A stretch of 64,000 nt of DNA, taken from assembly GCA_030390025.1 (NCBI GenBank), contig CM059432.1, forward strand, positions 43,836,001 through 43,900,000. Reading direction: 5' to 3'. The notes below the pieces were generated by a model that saw only the letters and a program-made list of their open reading frames with translations, searched no databases and was not told the DNA's origin. The translations under genes and the position numbers were made by a program. Below are positions 26,602 through 40,352 of this stretch, piece by piece. The DNA comes from Squalus acanthias. Lineage: Eukaryota. Each line of letters starts with the position of its first letter. The stretch's first letter is position 1.

Positions 26602-27442
26602 GGGGGCGATTTTGCCGGCACTCAGGGGTCGGGTTTGGAGGCGGGACTGCTGGCAAAATCAAAAAGATTGGCAGCGGGTCCCGAACCCGCTTCCAACCCG
26701 CCTCCAACCAATCTTCCCAGGAATTGGATCCCTGATTTGCACAGGGACCCGACTCCTAGCGGTGGGAAGAGGATTATAGCCACTTAACTGCTTGTTAACA
26801 GGCAGTTAAGAGGCTTTTTCCAATTTTGACACTTCTAATGCGGGCTTCCCAACGTCGGGAAACCCTGCCATGGTAAGTGTGATGTGCTGTGGGTCTACTG
26901 TAATGTTTGTGTATAGATGACAGCTGCAGAAGTGATGTGAAGGATCCAATGGGACACTGGTGAGTTGCAGAGGTAAGAAAATGTTGGGAAAGTCATTTTT
27001 AATGTGTTTAGAATTTTCTGTACGTGACAAGTTTTGAAGTGTTTGTGTAGTCCCACCTCATTGGGGGAACCTCTCTCACCAGTGACAGATCACTTCTGTA
27101 ACCTCACCTGCAGCTGCCATCTGTTTTAGCCTAAGGAGAGAGTCACTGGAGAGCCTGGGTTCAAGGGCTCACCTTTGTACAGTGCTGTCAAACACTGAAA
27201 AAATCATCTGTCAAAAAGAAATGGTGGTGGCCCCTTTAAGAAAACCGGCAGATGACGCGTCATCAACTGACGTTATCTGACACCGGCTTCCTCTTAATTG
27301 GCCGGCAAGCCCGCAGGGCGGGCTTAACAAGGCCAATTGACGCAAAATAGCATCTGTGCGTCGGACGTCGCTGGGGGCGGGACTAGAACCCGAAAGGCAG
27401 CAGTCCCATCCCCAACGTGCCTCTTCAGGTAAGATCCCGGCC
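26602..27442. mobile_element. Harbinger MITE
   Basis: Imperfect TIRs gggggcgattttgcc / ggtaagatcccggcc; TSD act/act. Confidence 0.7.
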
Positions 27443-27469
27443 ACTATGTCTGTCTTTATTTGTTTATCT

Positions 27470-27830
27470 TGCAATGCTTTTCTCATCCTTCATCTCTGCT
27501 TTTCTCTTCTCCTTCACTTCTATCTCTCTGTGCTCCTTCACACCTGTTTTTCTTTCTCCTTCACTTTTATTTCTCTCTCCTCCTTAACTTCTGTTTATCT
27601 CTCCTCATTTGCTTCTATTTCTCTCCTCCATTTCTATTTCTCTCTCTATTCTCCTTTAATTCTATTCCTTGTTTCATTTTATTTTATTCCTTCAATTCTT
27701 CTTGTCTCTCTTTCACTTTTGTTTCTGTTTCTCTCATCCTTCACTTCTATTTCTCTTTTACCTCTTTCATTTCTGTTGATCGCTATCATCTCTCATCCTT
27801 CACTCCCTATTTCTATATTACATCAGCAAT
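27470..27830. repeat. TC-rich low-complexity tract
   Basis: Degenerate ctccttcacttctatttctct units. Confidence 0.8.
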
Positions 27831-27854
27831 AAATAAAGGTTGTATATACAAATA

Positions 27855-27935
27855 ACAACAACAACAACTTTTATTTATATAGCGCCTTTAATGTAGTAAA
27901 ACGTTCCAAGACGCTTCACAGGAGTGTTATAAGAC
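27855..27935 (-). mobile_element. L2-type LINE/SINE 3' tail
   Basis: (aac)n followed by ttttatttatatagcgccttta. Confidence 0.6.
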
Positions 27936-28487
27936 AAAAAAAAGATGCATGGCGAGGTGCAGTGGTTTGCCAAAAATAAAGTACCAAATAACATTAGGAG
28001 CAGAATACGAACTCAGGGTCGGCAAACCACAGCACCCATCATTTATTTATTTATAACATACTGATTTTAGCAGTTTATTTAAGTTATTGTTTAGAGTTTT
28101 ATTCCATCGGGAGCACTGGAAGATTGCACATCAGGAAGTGGCAGACAATAACAGTTCAATTATAATAATAGTAATCTTCAAGAAACAGCTATTGTAGCAA
28201 TGACTGAACAATTATAATTGGTATAAAAAACCCAGGAGCAAAGGAAGCCAATTTAAGAGGCTACCATCAAGGCTACAGGGACATGAAGATAAAGAAGGTA
28301 TGTGACTCTTGAGTAAATGAAGTGTTGATTTCAGAAATAAGCCACATATGATATAATACAGTGTACAGACATTCAAAAATTGTGCAGTTTTCCTGCTGCT
28401 GTGTTTGGCGTATTAGATGGCCTGGGCACAGCGCATTGAGGAAAATTGGGCGGAGAGGATCTCACGCATATAGGGGAGCCAACCTAG

Positions 28488-29802
28488 TCCATCTAGAAGC
28501 CAAAAATATAATAATGAATAGTCAACATGGATTTCAAAAGGGAAAGTCTTGCTTGACCAACCTCACAGAATTTTTTCAAGAGGTAACAGAGAGTGTAGAC
28601 AAGGGTAATGCAGTAGATGTAATTTATCTGGATTTTCCAAAGGCCTTCGATAAGGTACCACATAACAGACTAAAGAATAAGGTCAGAGAATGTGGAGTCA
28701 GGGGACAAGTAGCTAGCTTCAAGATAGAAAGCAGAGAGTAGGGGTAAAGGGTAGCTATTCACAGTGGCAGAAGATGAGTAGTGGTGTTCCACAAGGATCC
28801 GTGCTGGGACCACTGTTGTTCACAATTTATATTAACGATTTAGACTTTGGAATCAAAAACACAATCTCTAAATTTGCGGATGACACCAAATTGGGGGGGA
28901 TAGTCAATACTGAGGAGGACTGCAACAAATTACAGGAGGATATTAATAAACTTGCAGAATGGGCATATAACTGGCAAATGAATTTCAACACAGGTAAATG
29001 TGAGGTATTACATTTTAGTAGGAAGAATAGGGAGGTCACTTATTATTTGGAGGGTACGAGTCTGGGTGGGGTAGAGGAGCAAAGGGATCTCGGAGTACAA
29101 ATACACAAATTGCTAAAAATAGCGACACAGGTTAACAAGGCCATAAAAAAAGCAAACCAAGCACTAGGGTTTATTTCTAGAGGGGTAGAATTGAAAAATA
29201 ATGAACTTATGCTAAATTTATATCGAACCTTGGTTAGACTACACTTCGAGTACTGCGTACAATTCTGGTCGGCATATTATAAAAAGGATATAGAGGCACT
29301 GGAGAGGGTGCAGAGAAGATTTACAAGGATGATACCAGAAATGCGAGGGTATAACTATCAGGAAAGGATGAACAGGCTTGATCTCTTTTCTCTTGAAAAG
29401 AGAAGGCTGAGGGGAGAGCTAATAAAGGTCTTTAAAATTATGAAAGGTTTTGATAAAGTAGATACAGAAAGAGGGTTTCCACTTGTGGGGAAGAGCATAA
29501 CTAGAGGCCATCAATACAAGTTAGCCACCAAGAAATCAAATAGGGAATTCAGAAGAAACTTCTTTACCCAGAGGGTGATGAGAATGTGGAATTCGCTACC
29601 ACAGGGAGTGGTTGAGGCAAATAGTATAGATGCATTTAAGGGGAGGCTAGATAAGCATATGAGGGAGAAGGGAATAGAGGGTTATGCTGATAGGGTTAGA
29701 TGAGGAAAGACGGGAGGCGGCTCGAGTGGAGCATAAACGCCAGCATGGACTGGTTGGGCCGAATGGCCTGTTTCTGTGCCGTATATCCTATGTAATCCTA
29801 TG
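28488..29802 (+). mobile_element. CR1 LINE 3' part (RT)
   Basis: ORFs 28361-28741 and 28774-29703 with QHGF, PQGSVLGP and FADDTK; 3' stem-loop tail. Confidence 0.92.
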
Positions 29803-32800
29803 CAAGTCCCGAGTGGATGATCCATATTGGCCTCCTCCTGAGGACCCCACCATCACAGAAGCCAGTCTTCAGCCAATTCAATTCATTCCACGTGAAATGG
29901 CTGAGCGCACTGGATACAGCAAAGGCTATGGGCCCCAACAACATCCTGGCTGTCGTGCTGAAGACTTGTGCTCCAGAACTAGCCGCGCCGCTAGCCATGA
30001 TGTGCCAGTACAGCTACAACACTGGCATCTACCCAGCAATGTGGAAAACTGCCCAAGTATGTACTGTCCACAAAAAGCTGGACAAATCCAATCCGGCCAA
30101 TTACTGCCCCATCATTCTACTCTCAATCATCAGCAAAGTTAGAGACAAAGAAGGTGATATATGCTTAGATGCACAGGGCAAGGCTAGAATACTCAATGAG
30201 TACTTTGTATCGGTGTTTACTAAGGAGGTGGATGCTGACAAAATATGGGTAGAAGTGGAAAAGGTAGAAACAATGGAAGGGGTGAAAATTGATACACAGG
30301 ATATACTAGAAAGGCTGGGTATGCTTAGAGTAGACAAGTCTAATTGAATTTTTTGATGAAGTAACAGGGAGGATTGATGAAGGGAATGCAATGAATGTTG
30401 TCTACATGGATTTTTGGAAGGCGTTTGACAAAGTACCACATAGAAGGCTGGTTAACAAAATTGAGGCTCATGGACTAGGTGGGTCAGTGGCAGCTTGGAT
30501 AAGAAATTGGCTTAAGGACAGAAAACAGTGAGTTGTGGTAAATGGCTGTTTTTCAGACTGGAGGATGGTAGACAGTGGTGTTCCCCAAGGGCCACTGCTT
30601 TTTTTGATATATATAAATGACCTGGATATCGGAATACAGAGTAGAATTTCTAAATTTGCCGATGACACCAAACTTGGGGGTGTGGCAAACAGTGATGATG
30701 ATACCAATCGACTGCAGCAGGACATAGAAAGGCTAGCAGAATGGGTAGACAAGTGGCAGATGGAATTTAATACAGAGAAGTGTGAGGTGATGCATTTTGG
30801 CAGAAGGAACAGGCAGAGGCAATATACACTTAATGGCACAGTTTTAAAGAATGTGCAGGGACAAAGGGACCTGGGAGTTAATGTGCATAGGTCCCTGAAG
30901 GTGGCAGGACATATTGAGAGAGTGGTTAGCAAAGCATATGGGATTTGGGCTTCATAAATAGAGGTATTGAGTACAAAAGTAGAGAAGTTATGCTGAAACT
31001 TTATAAAGCGCTGGTTAGGCCACAACTGGAGTATTGTGTCCAGTTCTGGTCACCATACTTTAGGAAGGACATGAAGGCCCTTGAGAGGGTGCAGAGGAGA
31101 TTTACCAGAATGGTTCCAGGGATGGGGGATCTTAGCTACAAGGACAGGTTGGAGAAGCTGGATTGTTTTCATTAGAGCAAAGGAGATTGAGGGGTGATTT
31201 GATAGAGGTGTACAAGATTATGACGGGTTTGGATAGGCTAGGGGGGAAAGGCTGTTCCCACTAGTTGATGGTACAAGGACTAGGGGACACAGAGTTAAGG
31301 CTTTGGGCAGGATATACAGGGGGATGTGAGGAAAAACTTTTTTATGCAGCGAGTGGTGATGACCTGGAATTCGCTGCCGATGGAAGTGGTGGAAACGGAG
31401 ACACTCATTGTTTTCAAGGGGAGACTGGATAGGCACTTGAGGGAAATAAACTTGCAGGGCTACGGGGATAGAGTGGGGGAATGGGACTGACTGGATTGCT
31501 CTACAGAGAGCTGGTACAGACGCGATGGGCCGAATGGCCTCCTTCTGTGCCGTTATGACTATGACTAAGTGATGGATGGTGTCATCGACAGTTCAATCAA
31601 GCAGCACCTACTCACCAATAACCTGCTCACCGATGCTCAGTTTGTGTTCCGCCAGGACCACTTGGCTCCAGACCACATTCCAGCCTTGGTCCAAACATGG
31701 ACAAAAGAGCTGAATTCCAGAGGTGAGGTGAAAGTTTCTGCCCTTGAAATCAAAGTAGCATTTGACTGAGTGTGGCATCAAGGAGCCCTAGTAAAATTGA
31801 AGTCAACGGGAATCAGGGAGAAAACTCTCCACTGGCTGGAGTCATACCTAGCACAAAGGAAGATGGTTGTGGATGTTGAAGGTCAATCATCTCAGCCCCA
31901 GGACATCGTTGTAGGAGTTCCTCAGGGCAGTGTCCTAGGCCCAGCCATCTTCAGCTGCTTCATCAATGACCTTCCCTCCTCAGAAAATGAAGCAGTCCAT
32001 GCCCGCATGCAGCAAGACCTGGACGACATTTAGACTTGGGCTGATAAGTGGTAGGTAACATTCGCGCCACACAAGTGCCAGGGAATGACTATCTCCAACA
32101 AGCGAGAGTCTAACCACCGCCCCTTGACATTCAACGGCATTACCATCGCTGAATCCCCCACCATCAACATCCTGGGGGTCACCATTGACTAGAAACTTAA
32201 CTGGACCAGCCACATAAATACTGTGGCAACAAGAGCGGGTCAGAGGCTGATTATTCTGCGGTGAGTGTCTCACCTCCTGATTCCCCAAAGCCTTTCCACC
32301 ATCTACAAAGCACAAGTCAGGAGTGTGATGGAATACTCTCCACTTGCCTGGATGAGTGCAGCTGCAACAACACTCAAGAAGCTCAACACCATCCAGGACA
32401 AAGCAGCCCGCTTGATTGGCACCCCATCCACCACCTTAAACATTCACTCCCTCCACCACTGGCGTACGGTGGCTGCAGTGTGTACCATCTACAAGATGCA
32501 CTGCAGCAACTCGCCAAGGCTTCTTCGGCAGCACCTCCCAAACCCGCGACCTCTTCCACCTAGAAGGACAAGGGCAGCAGGCGCATGGGAACACCATCAC
32601 CTACAAGTTCCCCTCCAAGGCACACACCATCCTGACTTAGAAATATATCGCAGTTCCTTCATTGTCGCTGGGTCAAAATCCTGGAATTCCCTCCCTAACA
32701 GCACTGTGGGAGTACCTTCACCACAAGGACTGAAGTGGTTCAAGAAGGCGGCTCACCACCACCTTCTCAAGGGCTATTAGGGATGGGCAATAAAAGCTGG

Positions 32801-32841
32801 CCTTGCCAGTGACGCCCACATCCCGGAACGAATAAAAAAAA
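29803..32841 (+). mobile_element. L2/CR1-group LINE (family B), split by CR1 at 30140-31566
   Basis: KAMGPNNI..CAPEL..NYCPI, VPQGSVLGP; 3' end gggcaataaaagctggccttgccagtgacgcccacatccc plus poly(A); homologous to 52137-53855. Confidence 0.88.
30140..31566 (+). mobile_element. CR1 LINE nested in family-B LINE
   Basis: RT fragments; TSD aagt (30136-30139 / 31567-31570); (atgact)n tail. Confidence 0.9.
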
Positions 32842-32871
32842 AGGAGCAAGGGAAATTCTTCCTCTTCCCTA

Positions 32872-33025
32872 GTAGCAAAGCAAATCGAATGTCAATATCT
32901 AAGTCAGATATCCAGGCCAAAGCTTCTGGTGTAACAGCGTGGATATCTTGTAAGCTGCCTGCGAATTTCCTCTGATGTCCAACGATGTGCTCCAAGGTCT
33001 GATTAGGAGCTCCACAGTCGCATGG
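32872..33025 (-). mobile_element. Vingi/Ingi-like LINE 3' fragment
   Basis: CDCGAPNQTLEHIV...LQDIHAVTPEALAWISDLDI resembles the C-terminal zinc-knuckle region of Vingi ORFs (recognised from memory, not searched). Confidence 0.6.
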
Positions 33026-33065
33026 GAAAGAAACAGGCTGTGGGATAACAAGTAATATAAACATT

Positions 33066-33199
33066 GGGGGTGAATTTCCGTGAGGGTTCTCCTGCTTGTC
33101 TGCCATAACTTCAGCAGGAGAGCTGTGGAAACCCCAGAAAAACAACATAAATTTTGTTATGGCAGATGAGCTGAAGAATCCCTGTGGAAATTCATCCCC
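33066..33199. mobile_element. ~135-bp Harbinger-like MITE
   Basis: TIRs gggggtgaatttcc / ggaaattcatcccc; sister copy inverted at 34212-34367. Confidence 0.65.
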
Positions 33200-33716
33200 A
33201 GGGACTCAATGCACAGTCTTCTTCTCTAACACGTTCATTCCCATGAAATTCATGGCTGCCTCAATGTTTCCTTCCTTTTACAACCTTCAGGCTTTCAAAA
33301 CTCAAGCTTCGTGTCAGCTAACCTCTGTTTATTGATTTACTTCATTCTCCAACTCCAGTGGTGTCCTGACCAATGAGCCTTGGCTCTCCACTAGGTTTCT
33401 CAACAAAAAAAAATATGTTAATAAAAAATAACAAATATCCAGCAGTGAGTCTCAAACTGCAGTTTCGTCTTAGTGTTCTGCTGGTATTCATAAACTGTTC
33501 GAGCAAACATGTCATTAGATTCGCTTGACTAAATTGCTGCCTTTTAACTCACAGCCAGCCACCTATTATTCTATATTTAGACTTACTAAGGTATATATAA
33601 TCATCAGCTTTTAGGCCCACACAGGTGGTATGGCATTCGGAAAAGAAAGAGGCTTATTAACATGGCACTGTGATTTCACTTTTACTGCATGCAGGCCACA
33701 GAACACTTCCTCTTAC

Positions 33717-33838
33717 AGAGCTCGAACATCAATATGGTTACCGCTGCTATTCGTTAAAAATATCGAATTTACATATTCTATTGTGCCAGTTGTACCAAAG
33801 TATTTAATGTATTCAAAATATGTGGAGTCTAATTGTTT
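33717..33838 (-). CDS. Candidate host coding exon of an unidentified gene (KQLDSTYFEYIKYFGTTGTIEYVNSIFLTNSSGNHIDVRA)
   Basis: tttag acceptor, gtaaga donor, only one open frame, lies in non-repeat DNA; no homolog recognised. Confidence 0.3.
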
Positions 33839-34211
33839 CTAAACAATCGACATTTATTATATGAGTCATTTACATGTGGCTGATACCAAACAGGCCTTGA
33901 AGCAACTGTGTCACCCCAGGCCTTAACATCTGTTTTATTACACAAAACAGATATCTAAGAATCTCCATACATTTCACAAATGTTTTCATTAAAAACTGAA
34001 AATCAAAATGTTCTCCAATAACAGAGATTTTGAAGATGGTTACAGGGATAGTAATTGAACGTCTATGACAGTAGACAAACTGGAAAAGAGAAAAGATATG
34101 TGCATGGAAAGCAGTTTAACAGTTTGATCTCAGTGTTTTACGAATTGTATAATTAAGATTACTTATAATGGTAATACCGCCAATATGAATCTTATTCTGT
34201 TGTGGATTTGA

Positions 34212-34367
34212 GGGGGTGGATTTCCACGGAATTCTCCCGTTCATCTCCAGCAGATGAGCCATATAAACCCTGGAAATGCAGTGTAAACAGAGCTTACACT
34301 ATTTTTCCAGCTCTTCTGCCAAAGTTATGTTGGACAATCAGGAGAACCCCTGTGGAAATTCTCCCCC
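34212..34367. mobile_element. ~155-bp Harbinger-like MITE
   Basis: TIRs gggggtggatttccac / gtggaaattctccccc. Confidence 0.65.
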
Positions 34368-34857
34368 ATGTCTTTATATATTCTAGATCTAACAGTTTCC
34401 TATCAGTTTTTTGGAATCAAATTTGGCATGAATAGTGTGATAGAGCATAGTAAATAAAATTAACCCCTCCCAAATACTGAATGTGCTGTTTCACTGCACA
34501 GCAAACTTACAAAACCTTCTGTATGATCTCTACTAGACAGCTGAAGCATTTTGTTGATGCATATTGAGTGGTTAAAAATAAAAACAAACTGGATTAGTGC
34601 TAGACATAGTGAGGCCTGTAGATAAACTAATGTTGCCATAATAAGCCATTCCCTGTTGATAAACTAATGATGTCACGAAGGCTACCTCTTTGAACTTCCT
34701 GTGGCTCTTACAGCTGTGATCAATTTGTAGGATACTTGTGTCAACATATGATTGTGATTTTAAAGCTTTACTTTAAATACAGCCAAGTCAGAATTCTCTA
34801 AAATAAGAATATAAGCACTGAAATTATCCTCCGGGGTTACTGGTGGACAAACATAAT

Positions 34858-37800
34858 GGGGGTCATTTTCAAGTAGAGCGTAAACATAAGAATATAAGAA
34901 CATAAGAAATAGGAGCAGGAGTAGGCCATTTGGCCCTTCGGGCCTTCTCCGCCATTCAATAAGATCATGGCTGATCTTCTACCTCATCTCTACTTTCCTG
35001 AACTATCCCCATATCCCTTGATTCCCTTAATATTCAAAAATCTATAGATCTCTGTCTTGAATATACTCAACGACTGAGCCTCCACAGCCCTCTGGGGTAG
35101 AGAATTCCAACATTCACCACCCTCTGAATGAAGAAATTTCTCCTCATCTCAGTCCTAAATGGCCGATCCCTTATTCTGAGACTGTGACCCCCTGGTTCTA
35201 GACTCCCCAGCCAGGGGAAACATCCTCCCTGCATCTACCCTGTCAAGCCCTGTCAGAATTTTGTATGTTTGAATGAGATCACCTCTCATTCTTCAAAACT
35301 CCAGAGAAAATAGGCCTAGTCTACTCAATCTCTCCTCATGGGACAATTCCCCCATCCCAGGAACCAGTCTGGTGAACCTTCGTTGCACTCCCTCTATGGC
35401 AAGTATATCCTTCCTTAGGTAAGGAGACCAAAACTGTACACAATACTCCAGGTGTGATCTCACCTGGGGCCTATATAATTGCAGTAAGACGTCTTTACTC
35501 TTATACTCAAATCCACTTGTAATAAAGGCCAACATACCATTTGCTTTCCTAATTGCTTGCTGTACCTGCATGTTAACTTTCAGTGATTCGTGTACAAGGA
35601 CACCCAGGTCCCTCTGAACACCAACATTTCCCAATCTCTCACCATTTTAAAAATACTCTGCTTTTCTATTTTTCCTGCCAAAGTGAATAACTTCACATTT
35701 CTCCACATTATATTCCATTTGCCATGTTCTTGCCCACTCATGTAGCCTATCTATATCCCCTTGAAGCCTCCTTGCATCCTCCTCACAACTTACATTCCCA
35801 CCCAGCTTTGTATCATCAGCAAACTTGGATATATTACATTTGGTCCCCTCATCCAAACCATTGATATAGATTGTGAATAGCTGAGGCCCAAGTGCTGATC
35901 CTTGCGGTACCCCACTAGTTACAGCCTGCCAACCCGAAAATGACCCATTTATTCCTACTCTCTGTTTTCTGTCCGTTAACCAATCCTCAATCCATGCCGA
36001 AGGGTGGTGGACGGGGCACGTACGCTATGTGCCCAAAGGAGTTGGTGTGGGGGCAGAGTCATTTTAACGGTCAGGCCTAATTTAAATTAATTTGGTGAAC
36101 TGTTAGCGTGAATTGTGTTCCCAATAGATCAGCCATGATCTCATTGAATGACGGAACAGGCTCAAGGGGCTGATGGCCTACTCCTGTTCTTATGTTCCTA
36201 TGTTCCTAATAGACAGCTCTCCAATTATGAGGGCAGGAAATCTGATGGGGCAGCCATTACTTAAAGGTCAGCAGCAGCACCTTAAAGCGAAGGTGGTTTT
36301 CATCATGGGGGACAGCAACCAGAAAACATGTGCAAAAGCAGACAAAATGACTTCCAATAATTCCGACACAGCGGTGGAGATGCCATCACTGAACAAGTGA
36401 CCACCAGGAAAGGTTCCCTCTTCCCTTAAGATGGATTCCAAGACAAACAGGCATGGAGAGAGGTGTCAGAAAATATCAGTACTAGCAGCACTGTCCCAGG
36501 ACCTGGCTGCAGTGAAGTAAAAACTTTAATAATCTGATCAGGAGTGTCAAGGTAAGACACACTTCCACATCTCTCGTACTCTCTCCAGAGTCCTGCAGGA
36601 CCCTACTTTTACTCTAATACTAGAAATCCTTCCCTTCTTCTCTTCCCATGGTTATCCATAAGCCAGCAGTGAAGACTTCACTGCCCCTCCTTTCTACTTG
36701 CACTCAAAACCCCAAAACCTGCTACTACCCTCACGACCACATCTCGATCACAGCGTCACTTGATACTGCTTCTTTTCATCATGCACACTATGGTAAGATG
36801 TCTCACATGTGTTAAAAACTCTTAAAATAATATTAATCCACTTCCACTCTTCTTGCAGAAGAAGCTGGCACATAGCAGGGGAAGACTACCAGAACAGGAG
36901 GAGGTCCTGCCACTCTACAGACACATATACAAATGGAAAAGTACTCCATCGACATTATTGGCAGACAAAGGGCATGCAGCATCAGAGACTGCCAAGCTAG
37001 AGGCCATGTAACTGTGTGGGCATGTTTCCTTTCTTTTCTCTGTCTACCTAATACTCTCAGTCACATGCCACTCCATGTGCTACTGTTTACCTTTGCCATT
37101 AGATGCTAACTTGTCCCTCTCCCCTTTTTATGGTTCCATCAGATGACTCGGGCATTGCAGCCACACAGACTGAGGAGGAGAATCCTCCCGAAGATGCACT
37201 GTCACTTATTCTTACCTTTCCAAGCACCAGTACAGATATCGGCACCTCTGCATGGCATGAATAATGAGTTCGAAGGGTCTGCATTGGGTGGTTTACCAAG
37301 CATGTGAGCAAGAGCAGGTACAGGTGGAAAGGACAGCCCAGGAAACAGCTCACCGGAGGGCCAGTTCACGTCTAGCTCTGTTGAAGAGGGCAGAGATGCA
37401 GACTTCAAGGACTTGGCCTTTAAAGGAAAAATGCATTCTATGCACCAGCAATTGCTGAATGCATTGGAGTGTCTGCCAGGGAGCTTCCACAACATGTTGG
37501 AGAATATGTAAGAGTCTACTACCGACTTGCTCTGGGTTCCGGCACATGGCATTGACACACTGCAGTCAACATGGAATGTGTGGTCACCTCAATGGATGCT
37601 GCAGCTGGGACCCCCCGGCAGGAGCAGGTAATAGCATCTCTTATGATGACAAAGTGCCTGGACCATCGCAACCCCTTGAACCAATGCCCGTCATGGTACC
37701 AGAAAGCCAGCTGGCTAGACTCCTCCAGCAAACATCAGGGCTACTGGTTTACAATGACTGAATGTGTCCAATTCCATTTTTTTTAATGGTATTCTGGGAG

Positions 37801-38331
37801 TTTTACTGATGCTTCGGAGATTGAATTCCACAACTCTGAAAACTGAAACTGAGTGACCTTTATATTATATGTATTCCTTTACCTATGTATTTTTTAAATC
37901 CCTTACCATTTTTAGTGTTGAGAATACACAACATGATGGTATGCATGATGCACCAATTGGAGGTAGGTGTCTGGTATTTAGTAGTACTTGGGAGGGGAAT
38001 CAGTTTAACTGCACACGGGGTTAGGCCTCTGCTGTGGTAAACCACCACCACCCCACTGCTCCTCTGGCCCAACCGTGCATCTCCAGCACCCCACCCCCGA
38101 CCACCCCCGACCACCCCCAGCCTCCACCCGATCCCTCCCTCCCTCCTCTCTGTGGCCCAGTGCAGCAGGCCTATTCGCCAGCAGCCAGCCTCTCAATCTG
38201 TCTGGCCATGGGTGGGAAACAGAGGTTTCCAATGCAAATTGGGCACTGCCGTTAAATTCAGCAGGGTCTGCGGGAAACCCATTCTCCAAGTCTCCCCACT
38301 CCCAACCCACCTCCCGATTAAAATTCAGGCC
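34858..38331 (+). mobile_element. Decayed Harbinger H5 with Myb gene remnants (~36340-37740); the two ends may belong to separate copies
   Basis: AWREVSENISTSSTVP..NFNNLIRSVK|gtaag exon 1 remnant, ttgcag|KKLAH exon 2; GG-type termini; TSD does not match. Confidence 0.55.
34885..35996 (-). mobile_element. CR1 LINE 3' part
   Basis: RT ORF pieces 35293-35856; (taagaaca)n tail; very similar to 42662-43822. Confidence 0.92.
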
Positions 38332-39073
38332 GTGAACTTTGTTTCTCTCCACAGATGCTGCCTAACCTGCTGAGTGTTTCCAGCATTTTCTGTTTTTAGA
38401 ACATATCAAGACTACAAGTTATGTAGAATAAGGTTTTTCTGCACAAAGCTGCCTCCGCTGCACTTCTTCCCATATAAGGCACCGCTGAGTTTGATATCGA
38501 CATAGCAAACTGTTATCTGCCACTGGGCCAAATTTCTACGAGTGCAGATGATGAGGGCTCCAGCCAAGGGACATCTGCTAAGGATAGCGGCCTAGAAATT
38601 CAAGGATTTAGTGTTGGCCGTTAAGGCCCGTTTTGATGAAAGAAATGGCGGCCGCCTCACTTCCGCCCGCTTCCGGCGGGTCCCGTGCAGCCGCCATTTT
38701 AGGCAGGTCGGCAGCATTGTGCTCGCTGGTGATATTTAAATTAGGCAGATCGTGATGTCAGTGAGTGTGCAACGCTCCCTTGTCGCAATTTTCGTGTTCG
38801 ACACTCCGCTTACCAGCCTGTGTTAATCACGACCAGCTGACCAAGCGTTCACTAGCAGGAAGCAGCCTCCAGCAGCATTATTGAAAGGGATCATCATCAA
38901 AAACTTGCAGCTGACATGGTTTTTCAGCTTGACTGGCTCTGTGTAACTTTCTGCCACTCTTACAGCCCTCTAAACTTGTTTCAAGTTCCTGAGATGACAG
39001 GGAGTGTTGGGGCAAGTAAACAATAACTTCATTTTCAGTTCAACAATTCTGCTCACAAAACTTGCTCACACTC

Positions 39074-40179
39074 ATGGGGGTTCTATTTGCAGTCCCCCTC
39101 ACGCTCGAGTATCTTTGGGAGAGGGAGCAGAGGCAGCGAAGGGCAGGAGAAGATGCGTGCAGAGGAAGGAAGAGGAGAGCCAGGATAGCTCTCAACAGCC
39201 ACCTAGGGTCTTCCAAGAGCCCATCTCTTATTTCCACTTAAGCCAGGAGCAGTGCATTAGGAGGCTCCGCTTCACCAAGGAGGTAATCAGGGAACTCTGC
39301 CACCTCCTGCAACCAGACCTGCAGCCTCAGAGCAGGGCGACCACAGCTCTCCCAGTAGCCCTGAAGGTCACCGTGACCCTCAATTTCTTCACCAATGGAT
39401 CCTTCCAGTCTGCAGCAGGAGACAAAGCAAACATCTAGCAGTTCGCTGTCCATCGCTGCATCCGGTAGGTCACAGAGGCTCTCTACACCAGGAGAAGGGA
39501 TTACATTGTCTTCTCTCTGAACAGAGAGAAGCAGGAGGAGCGCGCACGTGGCTTTGCCAAGATAGTGGGCCATGGTGCAGGGTGCCATCGACTGCACCCA
39601 CGTGGCCTGTGGGCGCCGTATACCCATCCTGAGATGTTCTATAACCACAAAGGCTACCACTCACTTAATATGCAGATGTTGTGCGACCACACCCAGCGCT
39701 TCCTGGCCGCATTCATGATGCATTCACCCTGCACTAGTCCAGTGTGCCAGCAATCTTCGGGCCACCACGTCAAACCCAAGGGTGGCTGCTCGGAGACAAG
39801 GGCTATCCGCTCTGCACCTGGCTGATGGCTCCCCTCTGCAACCCCACCACTTGTACCCAGCACTCATATAATGACAGCCATGCTGCCACCAGGAACATCA
39901 TCGAGCCTTGACCACTTGGGAGGAGCCCTCCAGTACTCGCCGGAGCGGGTGTCCCATTTCGTGGTGGTCTGCTGCATGCTTCACAACTTGGCCATCATGA
40001 GGGCGCAGCCCTTGCCACGTGGGATTGCGAGACCACCTCAGGAGGAGAACGAGGGAGAGGAGGAGGAGGAGGAGGAGGAAGAGGAGAAGGAGGACGAGGA
40101 GGAAGGGAGGAGGCAGGCAGCAAATCCCCGTTCCAGACTAGCTGTCCGTGAACACCTCATCAGACTCCGATTCCAGTGA
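39074..40179 (+). pseudogene. Harbinger DDE transposase (HARBI1-like, DDE_Tnp_4) with stops, frameshifts and small deletions
   Basis: [58 protein letters not shown], poly-E tail. Confidence 0.9.
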
Positions 40180-40352
40180 ATGAAACCTCAGATCCCCGTT
40201 GCTCACCACATCCCCATCAACCACATCCCCATCATACCATCCCTCTGTTACGGAACATCACTGCCTCCTCCTGGGCACAAAGCTGAAATGAGAGCCACCA
40301 GAAACCAAACATTCCAAACAAAATTAATAAGTTTATCACTATTCAATCAACA

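Noticed and set aside
27356..27855. Hydrophobic membrane-protein ORFs
   Set aside because: Translation of a TC-rich low-complexity tract
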